This document shows, piece by piece, positions 16,916-32,972 of a stretch of 64,000 nt of DNA. Made by a program: the position numbers and the translations under genes. A model generated the notes under the pieces. That model had not been told where the DNA came from. It was given only the letters and a program-made list of their open reading frames with translations, and searched no databases. The stretch's first letter is position 1. The number at the start of each line of letters is the position of its first letter. The DNA comes from Eledone cirrhosa (lineage: Eukaryota), in assembly GCA_964016885.1 (NCBI GenBank), contig CAXHJY010001612.1:29788-93787 (forward strand). The letters are read 5' to 3'.

Positions 16916-19900
16916 TATTATTACTTTTTTTTTTTTTTTTTCTCCCTTTTTTTTTTTTTTTTTTTTTCCAATTCAATGATGTTCCAGAACAATGTAAACG
17001 AGATAGTTGCCAATTTGGGTTCTGGAACAAAAAAGATCATTGGCAATAAGGGCAGGGGCCCCAAGTTATCACAACCTGGGCCCGCCCGTCATCGTGCCAT
17101 TGTAATAGAGCCAAACAGGGCATTTAGTCTTGGCTGCTGGAACGTACGGACGCTGCTTGACAGGGATTCTTTGGAGCGTCCTGAACGAAGGACCGCTCTT
17201 GTTGCGAAGGAGCTTCGACGTTACGATCTTGACATCGTGGCTTTGTCTGAGACGAGGTTAGCTGGAGATGGTCATCTTACGGAATTTTGTGGAGAATATA
17301 CATTCTTCTGGAAAGGAAGAGATGAAGGAACCAGAAGAGAGGCTGGGGTAGGATTTGCTGTTAAGACTGTACTGGTGAATAAATTGGAAGAATTCCCAGT
17401 GGGGATTAGTGAGCGTCTTATGTCCATGAGAGTTCCGCTGGACAAGGGAAGATATGCTACCCTGGTGAGTGTGTATGCTCCAACTATGAATTCTGTCGAT
17501 GAAGAAAAACTGTCCTTTTACCATGCCTTGAAAGGTGTTTTAAGAAATATCCCTCAGGCAGACAAAGTCATCGTGCTTGGTGACTTTAATGCTAGAGTGG
17601 GTAGGGATTTTAACACATGGAATGTAATCGGAAGGCATGGGGTGGGAAAGTGTAACAGCAATGGTATGCTCTTGCTGCAGATGTGTGAGGAGCTGGATCA
17701 GTGTGTTACCAGCACCATGTTCCAACAAAAGAACAAATTCAAGACCACATGGATGCATCCTGCATCTAAGGAATGGCATCTTTTGGACTACGTCCTAGTC
17801 AGGATGCGTGACAGACAGGATGTGCGGTGTGTTCGTGTTCTTCGTGGAGCTGAGTGCTGGACGGACCACCGCCTGGTACGCGCAAAAGTGAATCTAATCA
17901 CCAAACGTAAAATCCGGGCTCCTGGTGTTACCCTGCCCAAAAGATTGAATGCTGCTCGTCTTAAGGATAAAAATGTGAAGAGGACATTGGAAGAAGAGAT
18001 GCAGGCTGCAGATCTTGGTGAGGATTGGCCGACCCTTAAAAAGTCGGTTTATGATGTAGGCAGACGTGTTCTGGGATTGGTGCAGAGAAAACATCAGGAC
18101 TGGTTTAATGAGAAAGATGTGCATATAGATGACTTGTTGGCTGATAAGAGGCGCGCTCTGTCACGCTACTTGACGGCAAGACCACAGGAGAGGAATACGT
18201 TGCATGAGGAGCTCAGGGATGTAAAATCACGTGTTAGGCGGAGTCTTTCTCAGATGAAGGATCAGTGGTGGAGTGAGAAGGCTGGTGAGATACAAACTGC
18301 GTCTGATTGCAATAACACAAAGCTGTTGTACAGTCTCTTGCGTGAGGTTTATGGACCGTCTTCTTCTCTGGTGACACCGATTCGCAGCAAGGATGGCAAA
18401 GAACTTCTTCGTGACTCACAGGGAATTCTACGAAGGTGGCGGGAGCACTTTGATGATCTTTTGAATCAGCCGTCTGTCGTCAGTGAAGATTTCCTCAATC
18501 TCATTCCGGAAAGTCCTGTGAAAGTAGCTCTCGCAGAGCCTCCGACACTTGTGGAGGTTGCAGTGGCTATTTCGAAGCTGAACAGTGGAAGATCTCCAGG
18601 TATGGATGGCATACATGCTGAGCTCCTACAATATGGTGGTGAGAGACTCCTGCAACATCTTCACTCTCTGTTTGGAAGGATATGGGCTAATGAATCCGTG
18701 CCTGAGGACTGGAGAGATGCAGTAATGGTGGTCTTGTACAAGGGAAAGGGTAACAGGAATGATTGTGGGAACTACAGAGGTATATCATTGCTTTCTGTCG
18801 TGGGGAAAGTTTTATGTAGGGTGCTTCTGGACCGTCTGCTGACACACATTGCAGATTGTGTCCTTCCTGAAAGTCAATCTGGTTTTCGTGTTGGACGCGG
18901 CACTACTGATATGATCTTCTCAGCTAGACAGCTCCAGGAGAAGTGCATTGAACAGGGCTTGGATCTGTATCAGGTTTTTGTCGATCTGACAAAGGCTTTC
19001 GATACTGTCAACAGAGATGCATTATGGAAGGTTCTCCAGAAACTTGGTTGCCCTGATAAGTTCCTTGCTTTAGTTAGGTCTTTCCATGACGACATGAAGG
19101 CTTGGGTTAATGTCGGAGGTAACATGTCGGAGCCTATCTCAGTAAAAAATGGAGTGAAACAGGGGGATATTCCAGCACCGACCCTGTTTGCCATATACTT
19201 TGCAATGGTTTTCTGTATTGCATTCAGGAATTGCGAGCATGGTGTTTACATCCGATATCGAACCTCAGGCAGCATATTTAACATCAGGCGCTTTGCTGCG
19301 AAGACAAAAGTATTTACATCAGTCATAAGAGACCTCTTGTATGCAGATGATTGCGATCTTGTAGCGCACACAGAGAGTGATATGCAGCACATTTTGAATG
19401 TATTTTCTGACGCTTGCACTGCCCTGGGTTTGACTGTCAGTCTCAAGAAAACCGTCGTCATGTACCAACCTGCACCTGGTAGGCAGTACACTGAACCAAA
19501 CATCTATGTGTATGGCAAACGACTTGGAGTGGTTGATCAGTTTGTCTACCTGGGAAGCACTGTCAATCGATACGGCAACCTTGACAGTGAAATCTCACTT
19601 AGGATTAGGAAAGCAAGTGATGCTTTCGGAAAGCTAGAAAGGCGACTCTGGGGTCGGCGAGACATATGCAGGAGGACAAAGGTAAGGGTGTACAGGGCAT
19701 GTGTACTCTCTTGTCTTCTTTATGCCTGCGAGACCTGGGTCACATATCGACGCCACCTTAAGCAATTGGAGCGTTTCCATCAGATGTGTCTCAGACGGAT
19801 ACATGGCGTTCGCTGGAGGGACCACATCAGTGATGTCGAGATTTTGGAAAGCTCTATGTGTGACAGTATAGAAGCTCTTGTGCTTAAGCAGCGACTCCGT

Positions 19901-20529
19901 TGGAGTGGTCACCTTGCCAGGATGAAGGATTCTAGAATACCAAAACAACTCTTCTATGGAGAGTTGGTTAAAGGAAAACGACCGCCACATAAACCAAAAA
20001 AGAGGTATAAGGATTCCTTGAAGGCCTCTCTGAAAGACGCTAACATCTCTGCTGATACATGGGAAAATATTGCTGCTGATCGTAATAAATGGAGAAAGAC
20101 TGTATATGAGGGAAAAGTTGCCTTTGAGGCATCTCGAATCGCACACGAGAAAGTAAAGCGGGACGTGAGGAAGGGTATTGCTGTTGCACTTCCAGACGGC
20201 GAGGGTCCTCCTATGTTTCTGACATGCAGCGTCTGTGCGAGACTCTGCCTAAGCAAAGCTGGACTCGAAAGTCATCTTCGCAGTCATAAAGTAAGACCAG
20301 TGGTTGACTACCAGGCTGCTGTTGGAGATGCTACTCATCATGCTTGCCAAACATGTGGTAGAGAATGTAAATCAGCAGGAGGACTCAAGCGACATGCAAA
20401 AGTACACGAACTCCAACCACAGCCGACTATTCCCAGTAAATGTTTTGGTTGCCGACTCTGTGCAAGACATTTTGGATCATTGGCTGGGCTAAAAAGCCAC
20501 ATTCGATCGCAGCACTGTTAGTTGCTATC

Positions 20530-20569
<40 letters not shown>

Positions 20570-20648
20570 GCTTATGTGCGTGCGTGTGTGTGTATATATA
20601 TATGAATATGTATATTATTATTGTTGTTGTCGTTATTATTATTATTGC

Positions 20649-20694
<46 letters not shown>

Positions 20695-20770
20695 TTTATT
20701 TATTTATTTATTTATTTTTTTTTTTTTATTGTGCAATGGCCATACTCGATAACGAGGGGGCAGCCATCAT
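16577..20770 (+). mobile_element. Apparently full-length RTE-clade LINE (boundaries approximate)
   Basis: GC-richer 5' segment with hairpin ATCGGGC/GCCCGAT, a single long ORF, and a 3' stem-loop ATGGC..CTCG ataa CGAG..GCCAT running into (AT)n. No TSD recognised. Confidence 0.75.
16976..20521 (+). CDS. RTE-clade (BovB-like) LINE polyprotein: APE endonuclease + reverse transcriptase + three C2H2 zinc fingers, 1181 aa
   Basis: APE motifs WNVRTL, ALSETR, VYAPT, GDFNAR, LDY, TDH. RT motifs YRGISLL, QSGFR, FVDLTKAFD, GVKQG, LYADD, YLGS. Three C-terminal CxxC..H..H motifs. No stops. Confidence 0.95.
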   Translation: MMFQNNVNEIVANLGSGTKKIIGNKGRGPKLSQPGPARHRAIVIEPNRAFSLGCWNVRTLLDRDSLERPERRTALVAKELRRYDLDIVALSETRLAGDGHLTEFCGEYTFFWKGRDEGTRREAGVGFAVKTVLVNKLEEFPVGISERLMSMRVPLDKGRYATLVSVYAPTMNSVDEEKLSFYHALKGVLRNIPQADKVIVLGDFNARVGRDFNTWNVIGRHGVGKCNSNGMLLLQMCEELDQCVTSTMFQQKNKFKTTWMHPASKEWHLLDYVLVRMRDRQDVRCVRVLRGAECWTDHRLVRAKVNLITKRKIRAPGVTLPKRLNAARLKDKNVKRTLEEEMQAADLGEDWPTLKKSVYDVGRRVLGLVQRKHQDWFNEKDVHIDDLLADKRRALSRYLTARPQERNTLHEELRDVKSRVRRSLSQMKDQWWSEKAGEIQTASDCNNTKLLYSLLREVYGPSSSLVTPIRSKDGKELLRDSQGILRRWREHFDDLLNQPSVVSEDFLNLIPESPVKVALAEPPTLVEVAVAISKLNSGRSPGMDGIHAELLQYGGERLLQHLHSLFGRIWANESVPEDWRDAVMVVLYKGKGNRNDCGNYRGISLLSVVGKVLCRVLLDRLLTHIADCVLPESQSGFRVGRGTTDMIFSARQLQEKCIEQGLDLYQVFVDLTKAFDTVNRDALWKVLQKLGCPDKFLALVRSFHDDMKAWVNVGGNMSEPISVKNGVKQGDIPAPTLFAIYFAMVFCIAFRNCEHGVYIRYRTSGSIFNIRRFAAKTKVFTSVIRDLLYADDCDLVAHTESDMQHILNVFSDACTALGLTVSLKKTVVMYQPAPGRQYTEPNIYVYGKRLGVVDQFVYLGSTVNRYGNLDSEISLRIRKASDAFGKLERRLWGRRDICRRTKVRVYRACVLSCLLYACETWVTYRRHLKQLERFHQMCLRRIHGVRWRDHISDVEILESSMCDSIEALVLKQRLRWSGHLARMKDSRIPKQLFYGELVKGKRPPHKPKKRYKDSLKASLKDANISADTWENIAADRNKWRKTVYEGKVAFEASRIAHEKVKRDVRKGIAVALPDGEGPPMFLTCSVCARLCLSKAGLESHLRSHKVRPVVDYQAAVGDATHHACQTCGRECKSAGGLKRHAKVHELQPQPTIPSKCFGCRLCARHFGSLAGLKSHIRSQHC

Positions 20771-20820
20771 ATATATATATATGTCTGTATATATATATAT
20801 ATATATATATGTCTGTATAT

Positions 20821-20857
<37 letters not shown>

Positions 20858-20887
20858 GTCTGTATAATATATATATATATATATATG

Positions 20888-20923
<36 letters not shown>

Positions 20924-20949
20924 TGTATATATATATATATATATATATG

Positions 20950-21135
<186 letters not shown>

Positions 21136-21151
21136 AATATATATATGTCTG

Positions 21152-21187
<36 letters not shown>

Positions 21188-21189
21188 GG

Positions 21190-21272
<83 letters not shown>

Positions 21273-21502
21273 GTATGTATATATATTGTTATATTTGGGG
21301 AGGGTCATATTTGCGTAATATTGCCAGAATTAATAACAGAACACACTCACTGTTTGGTTGGTTTTCGCTTCTCGCTGTCTTTTATATATATATATCTGCG
21401 ATCTAACTTACTCGGTCCTCAATGTTGCCATTGACTGACCGGCGGTCAAAAATAATACAGATACAATATAGACAAACACATATATATATAGTTTACATAA
21501 TT

Positions 21503-21545
21503 TACATAAATCTTTCGTTGCACATCTGCAACATCGTCAGTGGTA
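21503..21545 (-). ncRNA. Minimal type I hammerhead in the PLE 3' pLTR (sense to the ORF); inverted copy at 25009-25050 (+)
   Basis: CA-CTGACGA-T-GTTGCA gatg TGCAAC-GAAA-GATT-TA-TG. 6-bp stem II, extra U after A9, quasi-palindromic stem III AGATTT; stem I is weak. Confidence 0.6.
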
Positions 21546-21813
21546 TTATATTCATTGTTCCTCCTGTTGTGTTGTATGTCTACGCCATTTTTTTTTGTTC
21601 AGTCTGTCTATATATTTATTTATTTATTTGCTTGTTTGTTTATCTTATTTTATTTTGTCTTCTTTGCGCATGCGTTTGCGTGTGTGTATAGTGTTATGTG
21701 TGATGTGTGACTAGTGTGTATAGTGTTGTGTCTGCTGGGTGACTAGTGTGTGTTTATGTGCTTGTGTATGTATTTATTTATCTTATTTTATTTAATTTAA
21801 TTTACTTATTTAT

Positions 21814-24765
21814 TTATACTTCTCTTAGGTCAGTGTTGTTTGTTTGGGTGTTGTTGTTGTTCCACTCATTCTTTCTGTTTATCCCAGGTCTTCTAATTTC
21901 TATTTCACTGGCCTCTCTGATTTGCCTATCTGCTGGGTCATTCCTATGTTTAGATATTATTCTAATTTCTATGTTGTCTATGTTACCGTCATGTTGTTGT
22001 CTAGCATGTTCGTATAGTACTGACCCGTTTTTTCGTCCTTTTAGTTCCCCCCAGTGTTGGTCTATCCTTTCACCTATGCTACGAGCTGTCTCACCTATGT
22101 ATGTTGTTGTCGTGTTTCTGCAAGTACCCTCTGTACATCTTATGCTATAGACTACGTTTCTAGTTTTACAGTTTACCCGGGGGTTCACCTTACATATGAT
22201 ACATTTCCTATTGGTACAGTGGGTTTTCTTAAAAGGGTAGGTTTTGCTGATCAGGGATTTTATGGTGGTTCCTGGCTTTTCTACCACCTTTATTTTTAAG
22301 TGGGTCTTTCTCAGGGCCTTTCTACACTGGTTAGCTAATTTCCCTCCAGGGGTGGCGTCCACAAACATGACACTCTGATATCTCTGGTTGTCGTACCATG
22401 ATGTGGCCTTCCCTATCTTATGTCTAGCCCTATCTAAGCTATTCCATGATTTGCTCCTGTATAGTGGGCAAATTCCTTTCATGTCCAGTTCTATGAGGGT
22501 CTTATACTTTTCCATGGCTCCTTCGTATACTCTGACTCTGTCTCTTTGGTTGTAGCCAGAGAACTGCATGCGGTTGATGAAGTGTTGGATGTGTCCTTCC
22601 ATTTCTGTTGGGTCGCACATGCTGGACACATTCTTCATCACTCGTACCAAATCTGCGATCAGAATATTAAACTTAGCACTACCGGACATTGCTGAGTTTT
22701 TGAGTATCAGGTATTTGGAGGCCATGGGTTTAGCATAGTGTGAGTGGAGAATTTGGGCTCTCTCGTCTATAGTGTTAATCCAGAGTTCTGTGTCTAATAC
22801 AGGTAGTCTATTGTTAGGGTGTTTGGAAGGGAAGTCTATAGTTACAGTTATACTCTGGTGTATGGAATTAGCTATCTGCTGGATGCTTTCCATCGTGCTA
22901 CGTTCTAAATCAAACTTGTTAGTGCTCTCTAGTGGGGGTGTTCTTATAACTATATTGATATCGTCTACATAACGAGAGTACATGATGAGGTCTATGGAGC
23001 TTTCATTAAGGAGATCTTTAAGTCTCCTTTCCCACCATACCATGAAAAGGTTGGCAACATCACCAGCTATGCTGACGCCGATGGCTGCTCCCTCATTTTG
23101 GGTGTAGATTTTCTCATTGAACTTAAATATGTGGCCCTTTAGGGTAGTTTTGATACTAGCCCCTATTGCATGTGCGACTATTTTTCTTACCTGATCAGTG
23201 TTTTGGGGGGTCCGTATAGCTTTGGTCCACCCAATCCACCTTCCTATGGGAGTCTTTTTAGCCATTGAGGTTATGGTGGGGGGTCTACCTCTTATAGGTC
23301 TACTAGGGCAGAAACATCTAAGGTCATGGCTGTCTAGGTAGTCAGTGTCGTAGGTAAGTCTAAGTAGGAGGCCCAGTTCGTCTGTGTCGACGTCGCAGAA
23401 CTCCACCTCACTCTCAATGATCATCTCCACACATCTTTTCACAGCAAAATCAATGTTAATGGATGGGTACAGTGACACCACATCCATGCTGCCTATTATG
23501 CAGTTGGATAGGCTCCTGTTTTTGTTGCACTCACTGATTCTGCTGAGGAGGTCCTCTGTACTTTCACATACATCTGGGGACATCTTGATTATGGGGCGTA
23601 TAACCATTGAGAGGAAGTAGGAGATCCTGTAGTTGCTAGCTATATTAGCTCCGCATACGGGTCTTGTTCGTGGTCCTGTTGTCGGGTCGTCGACTGTCTT
23701 GTGGTCTTTGCGGAGCCCATACAAGGGTGGTATGCCATTGTTAGACGCCTGGAAGTTGTTGGCAGTGCGTCTGCTTGGCTTTAGGATGTCAGTCCACATC
23801 ATCATGTGAGCGTTGAGGATTTTTTCTCTCCCATCGTGTGTTAGTTGTGCAACTTCGCTCGTGTTGGTGATGTGGGGTTGCATTGCCTCGATGTAGTTCG
23901 GCATGCTATCTATTGACATCCTACCAGACTTATCTGTGGGTAGACACACTACCTCACCATCCCTTGTGCGCTGCTTGAGGCTAACCAAGCCTTCTACAGG
24001 TTTTATCCCAAGTTGTTGGGCCTCTGGTCTGCTCTGTCTCATAGTGTACCTGTCTACTACTTGTCTAATCTTATTTCTAGCTATGGTGAACTGTGCCTCC
24101 GTCTCGTCATCTATTTGCTGTGGTATGCAAACTCTTTTATTAAAGGGCAACCTCGTAGGATAGATATTACCCATCTTATATGTTTTGTCAGCTGGGTTGA
24201 AAATTAGTTTCTCTAAGGGGTTGTCGTTATTTCTATCGTCATAGTTGTGTGTGTTGCTATTATTGTTATCATGGTGGTTGTTGTTGTTTCTATCATTAGC
24301 ATTAATATTATTATTGTTATGATTGCTAGATGTATTGTTGTTTACTTCACCGTTATTGTTGTTGTTGTTACTGCTATTTCTACCATTGTGGTTGTTACTA
24401 TTATTATGTTTCTTGTTTTTGTTGATGTTGCTACATGTACTATTTCCATTATTACCACTGTGGTTATTGTTGTTGTTGTTGTTCGTATTGTTACCGTTAT
24501 TACTACTGTGGTCACTGTTGCTGTGTCTGTGGTTAACGTTTCTATTATTATTATTATTGTAGTTGTTGTTGTTCTGTCTATCGCTAGTATTATTACCATT
24601 ATCACTATTTCTCACTTTCCTGTCATTGTTATGGTTATGGCTGTTATTTCTATACCCAGAGTTATTGTTTATGTTACTACTACCGTTATTATTGTTGTTG
24701 TTGTTTACCTTTGCATTCCAACGTATTTTTGTGAAACACTTTTCCAGCTCCGTTTTGCATTCCAT
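21814..24765 (-). CDS. PLE reverse transcriptase + C-terminal GIY-YIG endonuclease, 983 aa (frame stays open to ~24846; 5'-truncated)
   Basis: PTDKSG, PPLYGLRKDHK, RPVC, SMDVVSLYPSI, GAAIG, RYVDD, PVLD; Cys-rich linker CTNRKCIIC..C; NVVYSIRC..YIGETARSIGERIDQH. Upstream in-frame LISEQEQQILKLPPKFA resembles the PLE N-terminal motif. Confidence 0.93.
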   Translation of the reverse strand: MECKTELEKCFTKIRWNAKVNNNNNNNGSSNINNNSGYRNNSHNHNNDRKVRNSDNGNNTSDRQNNNNYNNNNNRNVNHRHSNSDHSSNNGNNTNNNNNNNHSGNNGNSTCSNINKNKKHNNSNNHNGRNSSNNNNNNGEVNNNTSSNHNNNNINANDRNNNNHHDNNNSNTHNYDDRNNDNPLEKLIFNPADKTYKMGNIYPTRLPFNKRVCIPQQIDDETEAQFTIARNKIRQVVDRYTMRQSRPEAQQLGIKPVEGLVSLKQRTRDGEVVCLPTDKSGRMSIDSMPNYIEAMQPHITNTSEVAQLTHDGREKILNAHMMMWTDILKPSRRTANNFQASNNGIPPLYGLRKDHKTVDDPTTGPRTRPVCGANIASNYRISYFLSMVIRPIIKMSPDVCESTEDLLSRISECNKNRSLSNCIIGSMDVVSLYPSINIDFAVKRCVEMIIESEVEFCDVDTDELGLLLRLTYDTDYLDSHDLRCFCPSRPIRGRPPTITSMAKKTPIGRWIGWTKAIRTPQNTDQVRKIVAHAIGASIKTTLKGHIFKFNEKIYTQNEGAAIGVSIAGDVANLFMVWWERRLKDLLNESSIDLIMYSRYVDDINIVIRTPPLESTNKFDLERSTMESIQQIANSIHQSITVTIDFPSKHPNNRLPVLDTELWINTIDERAQILHSHYAKPMASKYLILKNSAMSGSAKFNILIADLVRVMKNVSSMCDPTEMEGHIQHFINRMQFSGYNQRDRVRVYEGAMEKYKTLIELDMKGICPLYRSKSWNSLDRARHKIGKATSWYDNQRYQSVMFVDATPGGKLANQCRKALRKTHLKIKVVEKPGTTIKSLISKTYPFKKTHCTNRKCIICKVNPRVNCKTRNVVYSIRCTEGTCRNTTTTYIGETARSIGERIDQHWGELKGRKNGSVLYEHARQQHDGNIDNIEIRIISKHRNDPADRQIREASEIEIRRPGINRKNEWNNNNTQTNNTDLREV

Positions 24766-25325
24766 AGGGTTAATCTTTTTGTAGATGGCAAATTTTGGTG
24801 GTAACTTTAGGATTTGTTGTTCTTGTTCACTGATTAAAGTGTTCCCACATCACACATAACACTATACACACACGCAAACGCATGCGCAAAGAAGACAAAA
24901 TAAAATAAGATAAACAAACAAGCAAATAAATAAATAAATATATAGACAGACTGAACAAAAAAAAATGGCGTAGACATACAACACAACAGGAGGAACAATG
25001 AATATAACACCACTGACGATGTTGCAGATGTGCAACGAAAGATTTATGTAAATTATGTAAACTATATATATATGTGTTTGTCTATATTGTATCTGTATTA
25101 TTTTTGACCGCCGGTCAGTCAATGGCAACATTGAGGACCGAGTAAGTTAGATCGCAGATATATATATATAAAAGACAGCGAGAAGCGAAAACCAACCAAA
25201 CAGTGAGTGTGTTCTGTTATTAATTCTGGCAATATTACGCAAATATGACCCGCCCTAAATATAACAATATCTGTTTCGACACACGATTTCATATAAAAAA
25301 CCTCGCAAAACTAATTCATCGCCGC

Positions 25326-28750
<3,425 letters not shown>

Positions 28751-28974
28751 TGGGGAAAATGAAAGAAAAACTTGCTGACTGGTGTCTCCTCACAAAATTC
28801 TTTAAACAAAAACTAATAAGAAAAACAACAGAATATATGGAAACCAAAACAACCAAAAATATGAAACAAACGGACAAAGAAAAAAAAAATTTGATACAGA
28901 TTTGTTAGAATCCGTTCTCTATCTGTTGCATACAATGTCTGGGTTAGTGGTAGGCTAGGATATTGATATATCGA

Positions 28975-29500
<526 letters not shown>

Positions 29501-29738
29501 TGTGTGTGTGTGTGATAGAGTAACTGTCAGTGTATTGAAGTAGGTATTGTGAGAGAGACAGTGATAGGGTTGAGGGTACTCAGGGAAAGATGGCATAGGT
29601 TAAACGAAGGGTTAATACACACATAAACACACGCGCGCACACACACATATATATATATATATACACATGATTTCGGATCTTGCTTTTGGAACGGCTGGAG
29701 CCTCAACCGTCGGGATCCCGAATTTTTCACGCACGCAC

Positions 29739-29807
<69 letters not shown>

Positions 29808-30097
29808 TATATATTTATAGGTACATAAACACACACAAATATATACATATATATAAATATATGTAAATATATTTATCAATAGCTGTTTTCTATTATATTT
29901 TTCATAACAGCCTTAGTAGCTACAAATCTGTCTGAAGAAGACGTGCTGGAAATTGCGTGCTAGCAGTGTTACCTAATTACTATTGTCAGAAAAATACGTA
30001 TTACAACGGATTACGATATAAAATGAATTATGTATGTCTAGCCTTCATTTTTATCATTTTTGCACGTATATTCCGTCACATTGGAAATGGAAAGACA

Positions 30098-31482
30098 CAC
30101 CACCACCACCACTAGCTCCTGCTTGAACAGCACCGCATGCCACAACCACCACTACCTCCTGCTCCTCCAACAGCACCACAACCACCACAACTACTACTAC
30201 CTCCTGCTCCACCACCAGCACCACAACCACCACTACCTCCTTCTCCACCACTAGCACCACAACCACAACTACCACCTGCTCCTCCAACAACACCACAACC
30301 ACCACTACCTCCTGCTCCACCACCAGCACCACAACCACCACAACCACCACTACCTCCTGCTCCACCACCAGCACCACAACCACCACAACCACCACTACCT
30401 CCTGCTCCACCAACAGCACCACAACCGCCACAACCACCACAACCACCACAACCACCACTACCTCCTGCTCCTCCACCAGCACCACAACCACCACAACCAC
30501 CACAACTCCTGCTCCACCACAAGCACCACAACCACCACAACCACCACTACCTCCTGCTCCTCCTACAGCACCACAGCCACCACAACCACCACTACCTCCT
30601 GCTCCTCCAACAACACCACAGCCACCACAACCACCACTACCTCCTGCTCCTCCACCAGCACCACAACCACCACTACCTCCTGCTCCACCACCAGCACCAC
30701 AACCACCACAACCACCACTACCTCCTACTCCACCACCAGCACCACAACCACCACAACCACCACTACCTCCTGCTCCACCACCAGCACCACAACCACCACA
30801 ACCACCACTACCTCCTGCTCCTCCAACAACACCACAGCCACCACAACCACCACTACCTCCTGCTCCTCCACCAGCACCACAACCACCACTACCTCCTGCT
30901 CCACCACCAGCACCACAACCACCACAACCACCACTACCTCCTGCTCCACCACCAGCACCACAACCACCACAACCACCACTACCTCCTGCTCCATCACCAG
31001 CACCACAGCCACCACAACCACCACTACCTCCTGCTCCACCAGCACCACAGCCACCACAACCACCACTACCTCCTGCTCCTCCAACAGCACCACAGCCACC
31101 ACAACCACCACTACCTCCTGCTCCTCCAACAGCACCACAGCCACCGCAACCACCACTACATCGTGCTCCACCACCAGCACCACAACCACCCCTACCTCCT
31201 GCTCCAACAGCACCACAGCCTCCACAACCGCCACTACCTCCTGCGCCACCACCAGCACCACAACCACCACTACTACCCTGCTCCAACAGCACCACAACCA
31301 CCACAACCACCACTACCTTATGCGCCACCACTACACAACCACTCTGACACAAAGTCTAGTATAGGAAAGGCACAACCAATCCCAACCTTCATTTCTGCTG
31401 AGATAATATCTCCACCACCACCACAACAACAACAACCACTATCTGCATTATCAGCACAACCTCAACCACCATAAACACCATC

Positions 31483-31513
<31 letters not shown>

Positions 31514-31775
31514 CGAACACAACCACTACACCACTGCAACCAACACCAAGAGCAACACCACCACAACAATAACAACTACTAACACCACCACACCTAATGC
31601 CTCCGCCAACATTACCGCCACAATCACCACCACCACCACCACTAGAACAATCACCAATACGTCAAGCACAAACAAATATTAACACCATCACCATCACCAT
31701 GAAAACTACCACCACCGCTACCACCACCATCTCCAAAAGTAGCACCACCACCACCACCACCACCAACAATAACAA
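30098..31775. repeat. CCA-based minisatellite, ~36-45-bp units (CCACCAGCACCACAACCACCACAACCACCACTACCTCCTGCT)
   Basis: Direct reading; it gives Pro-rich (+) and Gly/Cys-rich (-) frames. Confidence 0.9.
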
Positions 31776-31879
31776 TACATCTCTTAATTTAATATTTTAT
31801 GTCTTGTCAAAACAAGAAACAGTTCATTTACCAAACATGTTCGTGATCGGAATTATTACATTATTTAGTAAGTACTTGC

Positions 31880-31949
31880 ATATATATGTATATATATTTA
31901 TATGTATATATATATATACACATATATATATACACACATATATACACAC

Positions 31950-31998
<49 letters not shown>

Positions 31999-32017
31999 TA
32001 TATATATATATATACAC

Positions 32018-32062
<45 letters not shown>

Positions 32063-32103
32063 CATATATGTATATATATATATATCCACACATATATACA
32101 CAC

Positions 32104-32141
<38 letters not shown>

Positions 32142-32165
32142 GTATATATATATATATATATACAC

Positions 32166-32219
<54 letters not shown>

Positions 32220-32649
32220 GTATATATATATATATACACATATGTATATATATATATATACACAAATGTATATATATATACACACATGTATATATATATA
32301 TATATATACATGTATATATATATACATATATGTATATATATTATATATACATATATATATATACACATATGTATATATATATATATACACATGTATATAT
32401 ATATATACACATGTATATATATATATACACATGTATATATATACATATATATAACATATGTATATATATATATACATATATATACACATATGTTTATATA
32501 TATATACATATATATACACATGTATATATATATACATATATATACACATATGTATATATATATATACATATATATACACATATGTATATATATATATATA
32601 TATATACATATATATACACATATGTATATATATATACTTATATATACAC

Positions 32650-32695
<46 letters not shown>

Positions 32696-32822
32696 ATATA
32701 GGAACAAGTAAGACCCCGACGGCTGAGCTCAAGCCGTTTCGATGACTAATTCTGGTTCCTTACCATATTTCCTTCGTTATATACATATATATACACATAT
32801 GTATATATATATATATATACAC

Positions 32823-32860
<38 letters not shown>

Positions 32861-32940
32861 GTATATATATATATATATACACATGTATATATATATATAT
32901 ATATATACAGATGTATATATATATATATATATATATACAC

Positions 32941-32972
<32 letters not shown>

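Larger units (their letters stand above)
21283..25270 (-). mobile_element. Penelope-like retroelement with inverted pLTRs (21283-21707 / 24846-25270)
   Basis: ~425-bp near-identical inverted repeats flank an RT+GIY-YIG ORF. The identical 89-aa pseudo-ORFs 21422-21691(+) and 24862-25131(-) differ at one residue. Confidence 0.9.

Noticed and set aside
17258-20492. Short antisense and alternate-frame ORFs within the RTE, and similar ones within the PLE and CR1-like ORFs
   Set aside because: They are shadows of the main coding frames, with no motifs.
25262-25325. Second hammerhead in the pLTR extension (CGATGA...GTC GAAA CAGATATTG TT)
   Set aside because: The core is incomplete and stems I and II are not convincing.
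29920-29970. CTGAAGA...GAAA motif
   Set aside because: Stems I and III do not pair.
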